Source: an uncultured delta proteobacterium
GTDB taxonomy: Bacteria > Desulfobacterota > Syntrophia > Syntrophales > UBA2185
Direction: 5' to 3'
DNA: 64,000 bases
Assembly: GCA_963729715.1 (NCBI GenBank)
Contig: CAVSPA010000005.1
Coordinates: forward strand, 544,001 to 608,000
Shown one piece after another: positions 41,000-49,736 of the stretch (within the stretch, counting starts at the first letter, position 1; every line of letters begins with the position of its first letter). A program made the position numbers and the translations under genes. The notes beneath the pieces were generated by a model. That model had not been told where the DNA came from and made no database searches. It saw nothing but the letters and a program-made list of their open reading frames with translations.

Positions 41000-41878
41000 C
41001 TATTTCTTTGTCATTCCTAAAATCGGTTTGACGGCTTTGACAAAGGCCTTGGCCGCAGAGGTTTTCCCGTAATGATAGATAAATGGTTTCCCGTTGTCCG
41101 AAGCCTCCACGATCAGCGGTTCTATGGGAATGCGCCCGAGAAAGGGAACTCCCATTTCGCCTGCCATTTTTTCGCCACCTCCACGCTTAAAGACATCGAC
41201 GCCTTTCCCGCAGTGCGGGCAGACGAGACCGCTCATGTTTTCAATCACCCCCAGGACGGGAACTTTCAACTGTTTACAGAAATCTATGGATTTTCGCACG
41301 TCGATGAGAGACAAATCCTGGGGCGTGGTCACAATAACGGCGCCGTCTGCGTCAGGAATCATTTGAGCCACGGAAAGGGGTTCATCTCCCGTGCCCGGAG
41401 GAAAGTCAATAACGAGGTAATCGAGATGACCCCAATTCACCTCCGTCAAAAGCTGTTTTATGACATTGACCTTCATGGGGCCTCTCCAGATCACGGCCCT
41501 GTTCTGTTCAGGCATAAAGAATCCTATGGACATTACTTTTATTCCTTCCACAAAATCCACAGGGTTAATGCCTTCATCGCCGGTTTTCACCGACTTCCCA
41601 TTGAGATGGAGCAGAGTGGGGATACTGGGACCATGCAAGTCTACATCCAGAATTCCCACCTGTTTTCCTTGCATGGCCAGGGCAACGGCGATATTAACCG
41701 CCACAGTGCTCTTGCCGACGCCGCCCTTCCCGGACAGCACCATGATCTTATGATCGATCTGCGCCATACGATTTGCCAGTGTTACATCTTCGGTACTGTC
41801 ATTTAATCTATTATCAGGTTCCTTGTATTTGCCTTGACAACCCTGGTCTTCACCGGAATTGTTTTTCTTACACTCCAT
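41000..41878 (-). CDS. Mrp/NBP35 Fe-S carrier ATPase
   Basis: SGKGGVGKST, D.DLHGPS, IWRGPM, DFPPGTGD, ENMS..CPHC; ATG 41878 after AGGAG. Confidence 0.93.
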   Translation of the reverse strand: MECKKNNSGEDQGCQGKYKEPDNRLNDSTEDVTLANRMAQIDHKIMVLSGKGGVGKSTVAVNIAVALAMQGKQVGILDVDLHGPSIPTLLHLNGKSVKTGDEGINPVDFVEGIKVMSIGFFMPEQNRAVIWRGPMKVNVIKQLLTEVNWGHLDYLVIDFPPGTGDEPLSVAQMIPDADGAVIVTTPQDLSLIDVRKSIDFCKQLKVPVLGVIENMSGLVCPHCGKGVDVFKRGGGEKMAGEMGVPFLGRIPIEPLIVEASDNGKPFIYHYGKTSAAKAFVKAVKPILGMTKK

Positions 41879-41987
41879 TATCATTCTCCTCAGTAATTTT
41901 GTCGCTTTGCTTATTAAACCGCACATCATGATCGCATCCGAGTGGCGCCTGCTGCCATATAGTCTGCGGCCCTCGCACGAAGCAGAA

Positions 41988-42365
41988 TCAGTGGGAGCAC
42001 CCGCCGCCCGCATGGCCTGCACAGGTATTTTCTTTCGAAAATTGCGGCAATTTGCCGTCTCGAATGAGATCGATATTCTGTTGGACAGTGCCTTCAGCAC
42101 CACGGTAAACCTGGATCCCCTGGGCTTGCAGCTTCATCAGGGCGCCCATGCCGATGCCTGCAACAACCACGGCATCAACCTTTAATCCTCCCAGAGCCTT
42201 GACAGGCTGGCACATGCCGTGGGCATGATGCAGATCGCTGTTGTTGATTTCTTCCACGCTCATCTCTCCCGTATCCACAATGACAAAGCCGGGCGCAGAC
42301 CCGAAATGTCCGTAAACTCTGCTGTCCAGTCCCTGCAATGTTTCTGTTGGAAAACAAACCTTCAT
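41988..42365 (-). CDS. NifB/NifX-family FeMo-cofactor-binding-like protein
   Basis: GHFGSAP.F, HAHGMC, GIG.GA, His/Cys tail. Confidence 0.88.
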   Translation of the reverse strand: MKVCFPTETLQGLDSRVYGHFGSAPGFVIVDTGEMSVEEINNSDLHHAHGMCQPVKALGGLKVDAVVVAGIGMGALMKLQAQGIQVYRGAEGTVQQNIDLIRDGKLPQFSKENTCAGHAGGGCSH

Positions 42366-42396
42366 TTTAAAATCTCCTTTTTATTTCTTATTGATG

Positions 42397-42430
42397 TCCC
42401 CCTTTAACGAAGGGGAGGTTAGGGGGATTT
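42397..42430. repeat. Short REP-like intergenic hairpin
   Basis: TCCCCCTTT-aacg-AAGGGGAGG-tt-AGGGGGATTT between two co-oriented genes. Confidence 0.4.
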
Positions 42431-42452
42431 CTCCCAATAATCAGTATCCTGC

Positions 42453-42911
42453 TTAAGACCTGCCGCGCGGGCATGCCTCACCGGGTTTCCTCCGTCCTCT
42501 CCGCCCATCGGCCCTGCATATAGCCGCATCATTGCAAGCCGGGCATTTTACGGGTCTGCCGGTACCAAAAGGCACATCCCACGCATGCCGGCATTTCATG
42601 CACGTAAAAATTCGCCTCTCTGCCATTTGTATTTCACCTCCCTCAATGCGGAGGGCGAGACCCTTTACCAGCGCCTCAGCCACCTTGTGCCTTGCCGCTC
42701 CAATAATCCTGCCGAAGGTCTGACGTGAGACTTTCATCCGTTCCGCCGCCTTGTCGTGGTAAAGCCCTTCAAGGTCGGCCAACCGGATTGCCTCGAACTC
42801 ATCCATGGATAGAACCACATGGTCAAGCGCTGATGCAGGCACACCGGCCGGCTTGAAAATCTGGCACGGCGGTTCTCCTGCCACTCTTCGACAGCATTTT
42901 GGCCTCGCCAT
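42453..42911 (-). CDS. DUF134 (UPF0251) HTH DNA-binding protein with C-terminal zinc ribbon
   Basis: MARPKCCR, FKPAG, EFEAIRLADLEG, AA..M.VSRQTFGRI, CxxC...CPxC. Confidence 0.9.
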   Translation of the reverse strand: MARPKCCRRVAGEPPCQIFKPAGVPASALDHVVLSMDEFEAIRLADLEGLYHDKAAERMKVSRQTFGRIIGAARHKVAEALVKGLALRIEGGEIQMAERRIFTCMKCRHAWDVPFGTGRPVKCPACNDAAICRADGRRGRRKPGEACPRGRS

Positions 42912-42932
42912 TCTTCTTTCTCCTTTTTCTAT

Positions 42933-42961
42933 ATTATAAGCATATGCTCATAACCTGTCAA
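42933..42961 (-). promoter_or_regulatory. Consensus sigma70 promoter overlapped by a palindromic operator
   Basis: Minus strand TTGACA (42961-42956)-17 bp-TATAAT (42938-42933); palindrome TTATAAGCATATGCTCATAA (42934-42953). Confidence 0.85.
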
Positions 42962-43107
42962 GCAAAATTTCCCCGTATCCGGGTGAATGCGCCCTGGGAT
43001 GCGTTTCAGAATAAACCTTCGTTGGTCCTAATGTTTGATATCCGAACTGCGGGCAGGGTTAATCCATGTTATCCATAAAGAAGAATTGAAGCCTTCCTCG
43101 TCTGTCG

Positions 43108-43389
43108 TCAATAACAGCGCCAGCCATCAATTACTAATTTCTTGAACCCCAGGAAGGAGGCCATTCCGATAACCAATTCTTCTTCCGGCAGTCTATAAGG
43201 TATAAAGACGGTCAAGCCGTCTATGGTTTCCTGTCTGTATTGATCCTGCTTGCGGGGCTTGCCGATCCTGACGGCTGGTTCCGGCTGATAGGGTATGCAG
43301 CAGCCGCCCGTTACGGTAACGAGTTCCAGGAACAACGAGCCGCCCTTATCGAGTGCATACTCCTTTGCTTCGGGTGTAATGGTCAACAT
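43108..43389 (-). CDS. HesB-like CC/Se-motif family protein (Cys-Cys form)
   Basis: MLTITPEAKEY...GGCC..P.V..GKP...IDG..V...L.I.G pattern. Confidence 0.7.
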   Translation of the reverse strand: MLTITPEAKEYALDKGGSLFLELVTVTGGCCIPYQPEPAVRIGKPRKQDQYRQETIDGLTVFIPYRLPEEELVIGMASFLGFKKLVIDGWRCY

Positions 43390-43679
43390 GTATTTAGCCT
43401 CAAACATAGTATAGCGATCCTGCCCTGAAAAATCAAGGGCAGGGAATCGAACGAGCACTCACGAAGTCCTTCTCTCCATAGCAAAGAAGTGAATGCGATA
43501 TTACAAATCATAATTAGCAACAGCCCTGTGTTCATTTTTTCTTGACATGAAGGTGCATTTTTCTTTAAAGTGAAATTACCGAAAAGATTTTATCAAACGC
43601 TGTCTCTTAATATTCTATGGCAGCACACCGAGGTGATGCGCGGAAAGCACCTTCGGCATCTTCAAGTCACGGAGAGAGA

Positions 43680-44639
43680 ATGGCGCGTAGATATTGCATA
43701 GCGATCCTGGTCATCCTTCTGAGTGTGGGGATGCTGTCGGTCCAGGTCGCCGCAGGAGCCTCAAAATCCTCGAAGTCGTCGAAATCCTCGAAATCCAAAG
43801 TTGTCCAAAAGAAGAAAAAAAAGAAAGCGCGCGTCAAAGCCGTCAGTGCCCCCGGGAAGCTCGTCATCCGTTCAGCCTGCGCATGGGTGGAGGACCAGCA
43901 GACAGGTGAGCTCTTCGTTCAGAAACGGGCGACTGCGGTATTGCCCATCGCTTCCATCACCAAGGTCATGACGGCCATGGTGACGCTCGACGCCCAATTG
44001 GGCCTCCATGAATTGATCACCATTGAACCCGAAGACGTGGATACCATGCGCCACAGCCGCTCGCGCCTGAGGGTGGGAACGCCCATCACGCGCGGAGATG
44101 CGCTGCTGCTCGCCTTGATGGCCTCCGAGAACCGCTGTGCTCACGCGCTCGGGCGTACGTACCCCGGCGGTATCGACGCCTTCATCGCCGCCATGAACAC
44201 CAAGGCCCTATCACTCGGACTCACCGATACGCACTTCCAGGACCCCGTCGGGCTTTCGAGCGGCAACGTGTCCACCGCCCAGGAGCTGGCGAGGATGGTG
44301 GATGCGGCATACCAATATCCCCTTATCCGGGAATTCACTACGCGCGAGGATGCCGCAGTCCAATTAGGCTACCGCACCATGACGTTCCGCAACAGCAATC
44401 GTCTGGTCCGGAGCCCTCGCTGGCAGATCGGCCTTTCCAAGACGGGCTTCATCGATGAGGCAGGGCGATGCCTGGTGATGCAGGCCCAAGTGGCACAGCG
44501 CCCCGTGCTGATTGTGCTCCTCGATGCTCAAGGCAAGCTGACCCGCTTCGCAGACGCCGACCGCATCAAGCGGTGGATGGAAGTAACCACGACAAAAACG
44601 CAGAGGGTGACCCAGTCCAATACCACGCATCCCATCTAA
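43680..44639 (+). CDS. pbpG: D-alanyl-D-alanine endopeptidase (PBP7-like, peptidase S11)
   Basis: Signal peptide, Lys/Ser-rich linker, PIASITK (SxxK), SEN, SKTGFIDEAGRC. Confidence 0.88.
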   Translation: MARRYCIAILVILLSVGMLSVQVAAGASKSSKSSKSSKSKVVQKKKKKKARVKAVSAPGKLVIRSACAWVEDQQTGELFVQKRATAVLPIASITKVMTAMVTLDAQLGLHELITIEPEDVDTMRHSRSRLRVGTPITRGDALLLALMASENRCAHALGRTYPGGIDAFIAAMNTKALSLGLTDTHFQDPVGLSSGNVSTAQELARMVDAAYQYPLIREFTTREDAAVQLGYRTMTFRNSNRLVRSPRWQIGLSKTGFIDEAGRCLVMQAQVAQRPVLIVLLDAQGKLTRFADADRIKRWMEVTTTKTQRVTQSNTTHPI

Positions 44640-44855
44640 CACTGTCTCCTCTTCATCTCAGCCTGAACTTCACTTCCTGTTGCATGGCGTTTGTCAACTT
44701 TGCAGATGGCATTTCTTGCAGATTGAAACAGAACGTTGACAACTCTAAATCATTATGCGACATTGCCTTTGACAATCACTGCTAAATAGGAATCTGAACG
44801 TGAGGAAGGAAGATACACGCTTCAAGGCCCGACCCGATTTTCCCTACCGCGACCT

Positions 44856-45686
44856 TTGGATAAACTAAGAAATATATATGGAGTAGCCCGAATTTATATA
44901 AGGTACTCTAAAGTTCATAATAAGAATCAATCTTTTTACGGATTAAGAAAAGAGGATTTGAAACAATTAGAAGGATTTAATTCTGTTATATGTTTGTTAT
45001 GGAATACACAAACGGAACCTGCATTTATTCCTTATCCAGATTTCGAAGATATTTTCAATTCTTTAACACCTGCTTCTGATGGTCAATATAAGGCACAGAT
45101 TTATCATGATGATGAGAATGAATTGTATATTGCTAATGCTGGACGTTTTAACATAGAAGGCTTTATTGGCTGGCACAACCTCGATGATTTAATCGATAGA
45201 AATAAATTAGTTGATTCACCTGAACTTGGCCATTCTCAAATTCAAACTTTAATTGGATCGATTGGCTATCTGAAGGGATATGATCTATGGATACCATCAA
45301 ATGATAGAAACAAACTTGATTGGGATTTAGCCGACAAGTTTCATTGTAGGAATGAGTTGCCCACGAGATATGGAAAAATTTCTAACGTTATTAAAGAAAT
45401 AGATGTGGTATGGTTACAGAAAGGCTCAAGCGAACTGAAAGCCATGTTTGAAGTAGAGCATTCCACGCCGATTTATTCAGGCCTATTGAGGTTCAATGAT
45501 TTGTATTTGGCAGAACCAATTTTAAAGCCAAAATTTAGCATCGTTTCTAATGATATAAGGCGTTCACTTTTTCTTTCACAAATTAATCGGCCTACGTTTA
45601 GGATGAGCGGATTATCTGACATTTGTAACTTCTTAGAGTATAAAGACGTTTATAGCTGGTTTAAGAGGGTGAGAGGACATGGGTAA
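44856..45686 (+). CDS. PD-(D/E)xK-like restriction-endonuclease-type protein, possibly 5'-truncated
   Basis: C-terminal HSQIQ..., IDVVW, FEVEHSTPIYSGLLRFNDL; strongly AT-rich; weak TTG start without an RBS. Confidence 0.6.
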   Translation: MDKLRNIYGVARIYIRYSKVHNKNQSFYGLRKEDLKQLEGFNSVICLLWNTQTEPAFIPYPDFEDIFNSLTPASDGQYKAQIYHDDENELYIANAGRFNIEGFIGWHNLDDLIDRNKLVDSPELGHSQIQTLIGSIGYLKGYDLWIPSNDRNKLDWDLADKFHCRNELPTRYGKISNVIKEIDVVWLQKGSSELKAMFEVEHSTPIYSGLLRFNDLYLAEPILKPKFSIVSNDIRRSLFLSQINRPTFRMSGLSDICNFLEYKDVYSWFKRVRGHG

Positions 45687-45867
45687 AATGAAAAAAATCT
45701 GGATTTTAACGCTTGTTAAAAGAGGATTCATTCAAGAACCTGAAGTCTTTTTTGAAAAAAGCAAAGCTCAAAATAGAAGAAGAGTATTAAGATCCGCTAT
45801 CAATCCTGACTACGACGAAATTGCTATTTTTGAAAAGGAACTCGCTTCGGATAATCCTTTCTTGTAG
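45679..45867 (+). CDS. Small hypothetical protein
   Basis: GAGG RBS, overlaps the nuclease-like gene end, same AT-rich composition. Confidence 0.5.
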   Translation: MGKMKKIWILTLVKRGFIQEPEVFFEKSKAQNRRRVLRSAINPDYDEIAIFEKELASDNPFL

Positions 45868-46010
45868 TCTACGATCTCTTTGTAAAACACCTTGCTTTTT
45901 ACATTGGGAATCACATTGACGTCGGCTTAGAAATCCTTTCATGAGAATTGTTGGAAGACAGACACTAAAAGCACGTCAAAATTAGAAAGGGACAAGGAGC
46001 CCTTCTGCCT

Positions 46011-46757
46011 TTGCCAATTTCCCCTCCCTCTTTACCGCACTGGCTGACCTCCTGGATGAAAGCTCAGAAAATTCCTCTCTGGGGTGTAGCTGACCTTCGC
46101 GGGTTCTCGACACCCGCTGACGCAACGGAGCAGGGGTATCCGTTCGCCATTTCATTTGCCATTCCCATGAACCCCATGATAATGGACGGTATCCAAGACG
46201 GCCCAAATCAGGCTTATGCTGATGAGTACGCCAGAGTGAACGACCACATCAATGATCTTGCGAAAAGGCTGGCGGCCGAGATTAAAGCCCTGGGTTTTCG
46301 GGCACAGCCCTTGGCTGCTTCAAAGCGTACCGATATGGTAAATATCAAGGGAGACTTCCCTCACAAGACCGCGGCCACTCGTGCAGGATTAGGCTGGATT
46401 GGCCGCCACTGCCAGCTTGTTACCCGTAAGTTTGGTCTATGGATTCGCCTCGGGACAGTTTTTACGGACATGACCATTCCCTGCGGGCAGCCGGTGGAGC
46501 GCGACTCCTGCGGCCGCTGCACTCGCTGCGTCGATGCATGCCCTGCCGGCGCACTAACGGGAAATGCCTGGTATCCGGGATTGCCGCGCGAGGATATATT
46601 GGATACCCGCGCCTGCGATAGCTGGAAAATAGAACACTACTTTAAGTACCTCAAGGGGCACACCTGCGGTATCTGCTCCGCAGTGTGTCCTCATGGATTG
46701 AAGGTGTTAAAAAAATCCGATCAGTCCCGGAACTATAAAGCTGAGGACAGCCGCTAA
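46011..46757 (+). CDS. Epoxyqueuosine-reductase-like 4Fe-4S protein
   Basis: HKTAATRAGLGWIG, G.WIRL.TV.T, CGRCTRCVDACP, CGICSAVCP; start uncertain. Confidence 0.8.
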   Translation: MPISPPSLPHWLTSWMKAQKIPLWGVADLRGFSTPADATEQGYPFAISFAIPMNPMIMDGIQDGPNQAYADEYARVNDHINDLAKRLAAEIKALGFRAQPLAASKRTDMVNIKGDFPHKTAATRAGLGWIGRHCQLVTRKFGLWIRLGTVFTDMTIPCGQPVERDSCGRCTRCVDACPAGALTGNAWYPGLPREDILDTRACDSWKIEHYFKYLKGHTCGICSAVCPHGLKVLKKSDQSRNYKAEDSR

Positions 46758-46784
46758 TTATTGTTGAAGGACAAAGGAAGAGAT

Positions 46785-47048
46785 ATGCAGGCGTACAGAA
46801 TTCACAAGATGGTCATCGCCGCAGATATTGAGGAAGAGGCCTGTGCTTTCTATCGCGAGGAAACAGGCGGTACCCCGCCCGATGTGATTGAAGAATTACC
46901 ATATCTGATGGACGTGTGCTGTGACGACGGAACCGTAAAGACGGTCAAAGAGCGCATCAACGAGGAAATGGATGCCCGCAATTGCTGGCTGATAATGGGA
47001 ATCCCCTGCGAACTTCACCGGCCCTTTCTCATCGGCATACTGCCCTGA
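46785..47048 (+). CDS. Hypothetical protein
   Basis: AGGA RBS before the ATG; co-oriented between two genes. Confidence 0.5.
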   Translation: MQAYRIHKMVIAADIEEEACAFYREETGGTPPDVIEELPYLMDVCCDDGTVKTVKERINEEMDARNCWLIMGIPCELHRPFLIGILP

Positions 47049-47124
47049 CGAGCCCTCGTGGATTCTCACATTAGTAGATGGATGGTAACGTCAAAGACAG
47101 AATAAAGGAAGACGTAGATATTTA

Positions 47125-47763
47125 ATGAGAGATTACTGGGAAGAACGATTCACTGCCGAAGGCAAAATCTGGGGTGATGCGCCAAGCAAAACCGCTCTCC
47201 ACGCCAAGGATTTATTCAAAAATCATCAAGTCCGAAACATCCTTGTTCCAGGCGCCGGTTATGGCCGTAATGCCGGATACCTTGAAGCTGAAGGTTTTGA
47301 GGTCAGCGGAATCGAAATATCTGAAACAGCATTAAGAACTGCAAGGCAAAGCAATCAAAAAATTATCTATTATCAAGGTTCAGTATTGGAAATGCCGTTT
47401 GCTGAGCTTTCTTATGACGCCATCTATTGTTTTAATGTACTGCATCTGTTTAGAGAACGCGAGCGACGGATTTTTGTTGAAAAATGCCTTAATCAGATTA
47501 AAGAGAACGGGGTCGTTTTTTTCACCGTTTTTTCTGAGCAAGAATCGAGTTTCGGAAAGGGCAATTGTGTCGAAGTCAATACTTATGAAAGTAAACCCGG
47601 CCGGCCTGTACATTATTTCACCGAATCCGATTTAAAAGAGCACTTCAAGGAATTTGAAGTTATTGAAACCGGCTTGATGGAAGACCCGGAAAACCATGGT
47701 TCCGAAGGCCCGCATACCCATTTGGTCCGTTACATTTTTGCGCAAAAGAAAGCCGCCTCTTAA
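47125..47763 (+). CDS. Class I SAM-dependent methyltransferase
   Basis: LVPGAGYGRN, GIEIS, YDAIYCFNVLH. Confidence 0.85.
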   Translation: MRDYWEERFTAEGKIWGDAPSKTALHAKDLFKNHQVRNILVPGAGYGRNAGYLEAEGFEVSGIEISETALRTARQSNQKIIYYQGSVLEMPFAELSYDAIYCFNVLHLFRERERRIFVEKCLNQIKENGVVFFTVFSEQESSFGKGNCVEVNTYESKPGRPVHYFTESDLKEHFKEFEVIETGLMEDPENHGSEGPHTHLVRYIFAQKKAAS

Positions 47764-47855
47764 TTTGACGGTAATAAATATAACTGCCGCAAACGATCAT
47801 TTCATCGGACGTGATCTACGAGGAATATTTGCCTGGCGGATCAATCGGAGAATAA

Positions 47856-49019
47856 TCATCCCTTCTTGTAGAGCGGCGACATATTTCTCAAGAAGTCCAC
47901 GCTTTTCCTGAGGGACGCGAATGCCTTGTCGATATCTTCCACCGAAATGTCAATGCCATAGGAAAAGACAAGGGTACCCTGCGCTGTAGCATGATCGGTA
48001 CCGGTTGCGATTAAGACATGGGATGTCCTGAGAGAGCCCGAAGCACATGCGGAACGGGTGGAGATGCTTACTCCTTCCTCGTCAAGCATCATCATCATAG
48101 ACTCACCTTCGATGTACTCCACGGAGAAAGACACGAGACCCGGCATGCTCTTTTCAGGATGCCCGTTGAGAACTATCTTATCAATGGTACCCAAACGGTC
48201 CATGATTGCCTTCTTCAATTTCAACAGGTGTAGAGTCCGCTGGGGCATTTCAACGCGGGCAAGTTCCGCCGCTTTGCCCATCCCGACGACACCAAGCATA
48301 TTGGGGGTTCCTGCCCTGCGGTTACTCTCCTGTATCCCGCCATCGATAAGTGGCAGTATCCTTGTTTTATCTCTTATATAGATGGCTCCGATACCCGCTG
48401 GTCCGTAGAACTGGTTTGCAGCGATGCTCATCAGGTCAACACCCATCTCGTTCACATCTATGGGTATGTTGCCGCAGGACACTACTGCATCCGTATGAAA
48501 GGGCACTTTCTTTGCCTTCGCGATCCTCCCTATTTCGGCGATAGGCTCAATCGTACCGATCTCGTTGTTGGCGTGCATGATTGAAATGAGGATCGTGTCC
48601 TCTCTGATCGCCTCCTCCACATCTGCGGGGTTGACCATGCCATACTTGTCTACTGAGACGGAAGTCACGTTGTAACCCATTTGGGAGAGCATCCGGAGAG
48701 GTCTTGCAACTGACTGATGTTCAATATTCGACGTAATGATGTGCTTCCCTTTTTTGGCCTTTGCAAAGGCCACACCTTTTATGGCGTGGTTATTTGCTTC
48801 TGTTCCGCATGAAGTGAATACGATCTCCTGCGGATCCGCATTGATGAGCTGGGCAACCTTGGCGCGTGCGTCTTCCATGGTCTCCATGGCCGCATCTCCG
48901 ATGCTGTGCTGACTCACGGGATTCCCAAAACCGTCCTTCTGTATATAATCGATGATAGCCTCTTTAACCTGAGGATGGAGCGGATTACCGGAAATATGGT
49001 CCAAATAGATAACCTTCAT
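47856..49019 (-). CDS. IscS/NifS-family protein lacking the PLP-binding lysine
   Basis: FGNP.S.H, FTSCGTEANN, IEH, HANNEIG, RAGT.N, SAC loop; AANQFYGP in place of SxHKxYGP. Confidence 0.88.
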   Translation of the reverse strand: MKVIYLDHISGNPLHPQVKEAIIDYIQKDGFGNPVSQHSIGDAAMETMEDARAKVAQLINADPQEIVFTSCGTEANNHAIKGVAFAKAKKGKHIITSNIEHQSVARPLRMLSQMGYNVTSVSVDKYGMVNPADVEEAIREDTILISIMHANNEIGTIEPIAEIGRIAKAKKVPFHTDAVVSCGNIPIDVNEMGVDLMSIAANQFYGPAGIGAIYIRDKTRILPLIDGGIQESNRRAGTPNMLGVVGMGKAAELARVEMPQRTLHLLKLKKAIMDRLGTIDKIVLNGHPEKSMPGLVSFSVEYIEGESMMMMLDEEGVSISTRSACASGSLRTSHVLIATGTDHATAQGTLVFSYGIDISVEDIDKAFASLRKSVDFLRNMSPLYKKG

Positions 49020-49564
49020 TCTTTCTTTGCTCCTTTCATGACGGTGAAATCAGAATGCAGCGTGGGCTTCCCACATTTCGTGCAGAGTGGAGCAGGCTCC
49101 GGCAATCCCATATCGCAGTAAGGGCAGTAACATTTTCCTTCCCTTTCACCGATGTGCTCCACTTTTTGGCCTTCTTTTGTCTCCCTGGCTTTGCCCTCTT
49201 TGTGCTCATAGTAATCCATAATGGCTTTATGCAAAGCGTCCGCCCCCAGGTTTGAACAGTGGAGTTTGTTCTTCGGGAGGCCGCCAAGGCTTTTTGCTAC
49301 AGACTCTTTGGTAATCGCCATGGCTTCTTCCAAAGTCTTTCCTTTTGCCATTTCAGTCACCATGCTTGAGACGGCAATAGCCGCCCCACAGCCGAACGTG
49401 TTGAACTTTATGTCATCGATGCGGTCATCCTTGACTTTAATGGTAATCGTCATCATATCACCGCATATCGGGTTCCCTACTTCACCCGTGCCATCAGGGT
49501 TTTCAATCTTGCCGACATTCCGGGGCTTCTTGAAATGGTCCATCACTACATCCGAATATTGCAT
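49016..49564 (-). CDS. IscU/NifU Fe-S scaffold with C-terminal CxxC-CxxC extension
   Basis: YSDVVMDHF..PRNVG, GNPICGD, FGCGAAIA, KLHCSNL; ATGA overlap with the IscS-like gene. Confidence 0.92.
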   Translation of the reverse strand: MQYSDVVMDHFKKPRNVGKIENPDGTGEVGNPICGDMMTITIKVKDDRIDDIKFNTFGCGAAIAVSSMVTEMAKGKTLEEAMAITKESVAKSLGGLPKNKLHCSNLGADALHKAIMDYYEHKEGKARETKEGQKVEHIGEREGKCYCPYCDMGLPEPAPLCTKCGKPTLHSDFTVMKGAKKE

Positions 49565-49736
49565 GACTACCTCCTTTGACTCAGCTTTCTGTATATTAAT
49601 ATAACGTATTTTGTAGGTTTTACAAATAATTTAAATCCCGATACCGTATAAAGCCTATCCGCATCCCGCTCCCCCGCCGCAACCGCATATGCAAAGGTGC
49701 CATACGGCCGACCCGCAACGAGAGTCCTGACAATGT

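Noticed and set aside
43108..43389. CC/Se-motif protein as a second selenoprotein
   Set aside because: Both motif codons are Cys (TGC TGC); there is no in-frame UGA.
47761..47790. FDGNKY reading on after the methyltransferase stop (possible lost second domain)
   Set aside because: Only a few codons; cannot be supported without a homology search.
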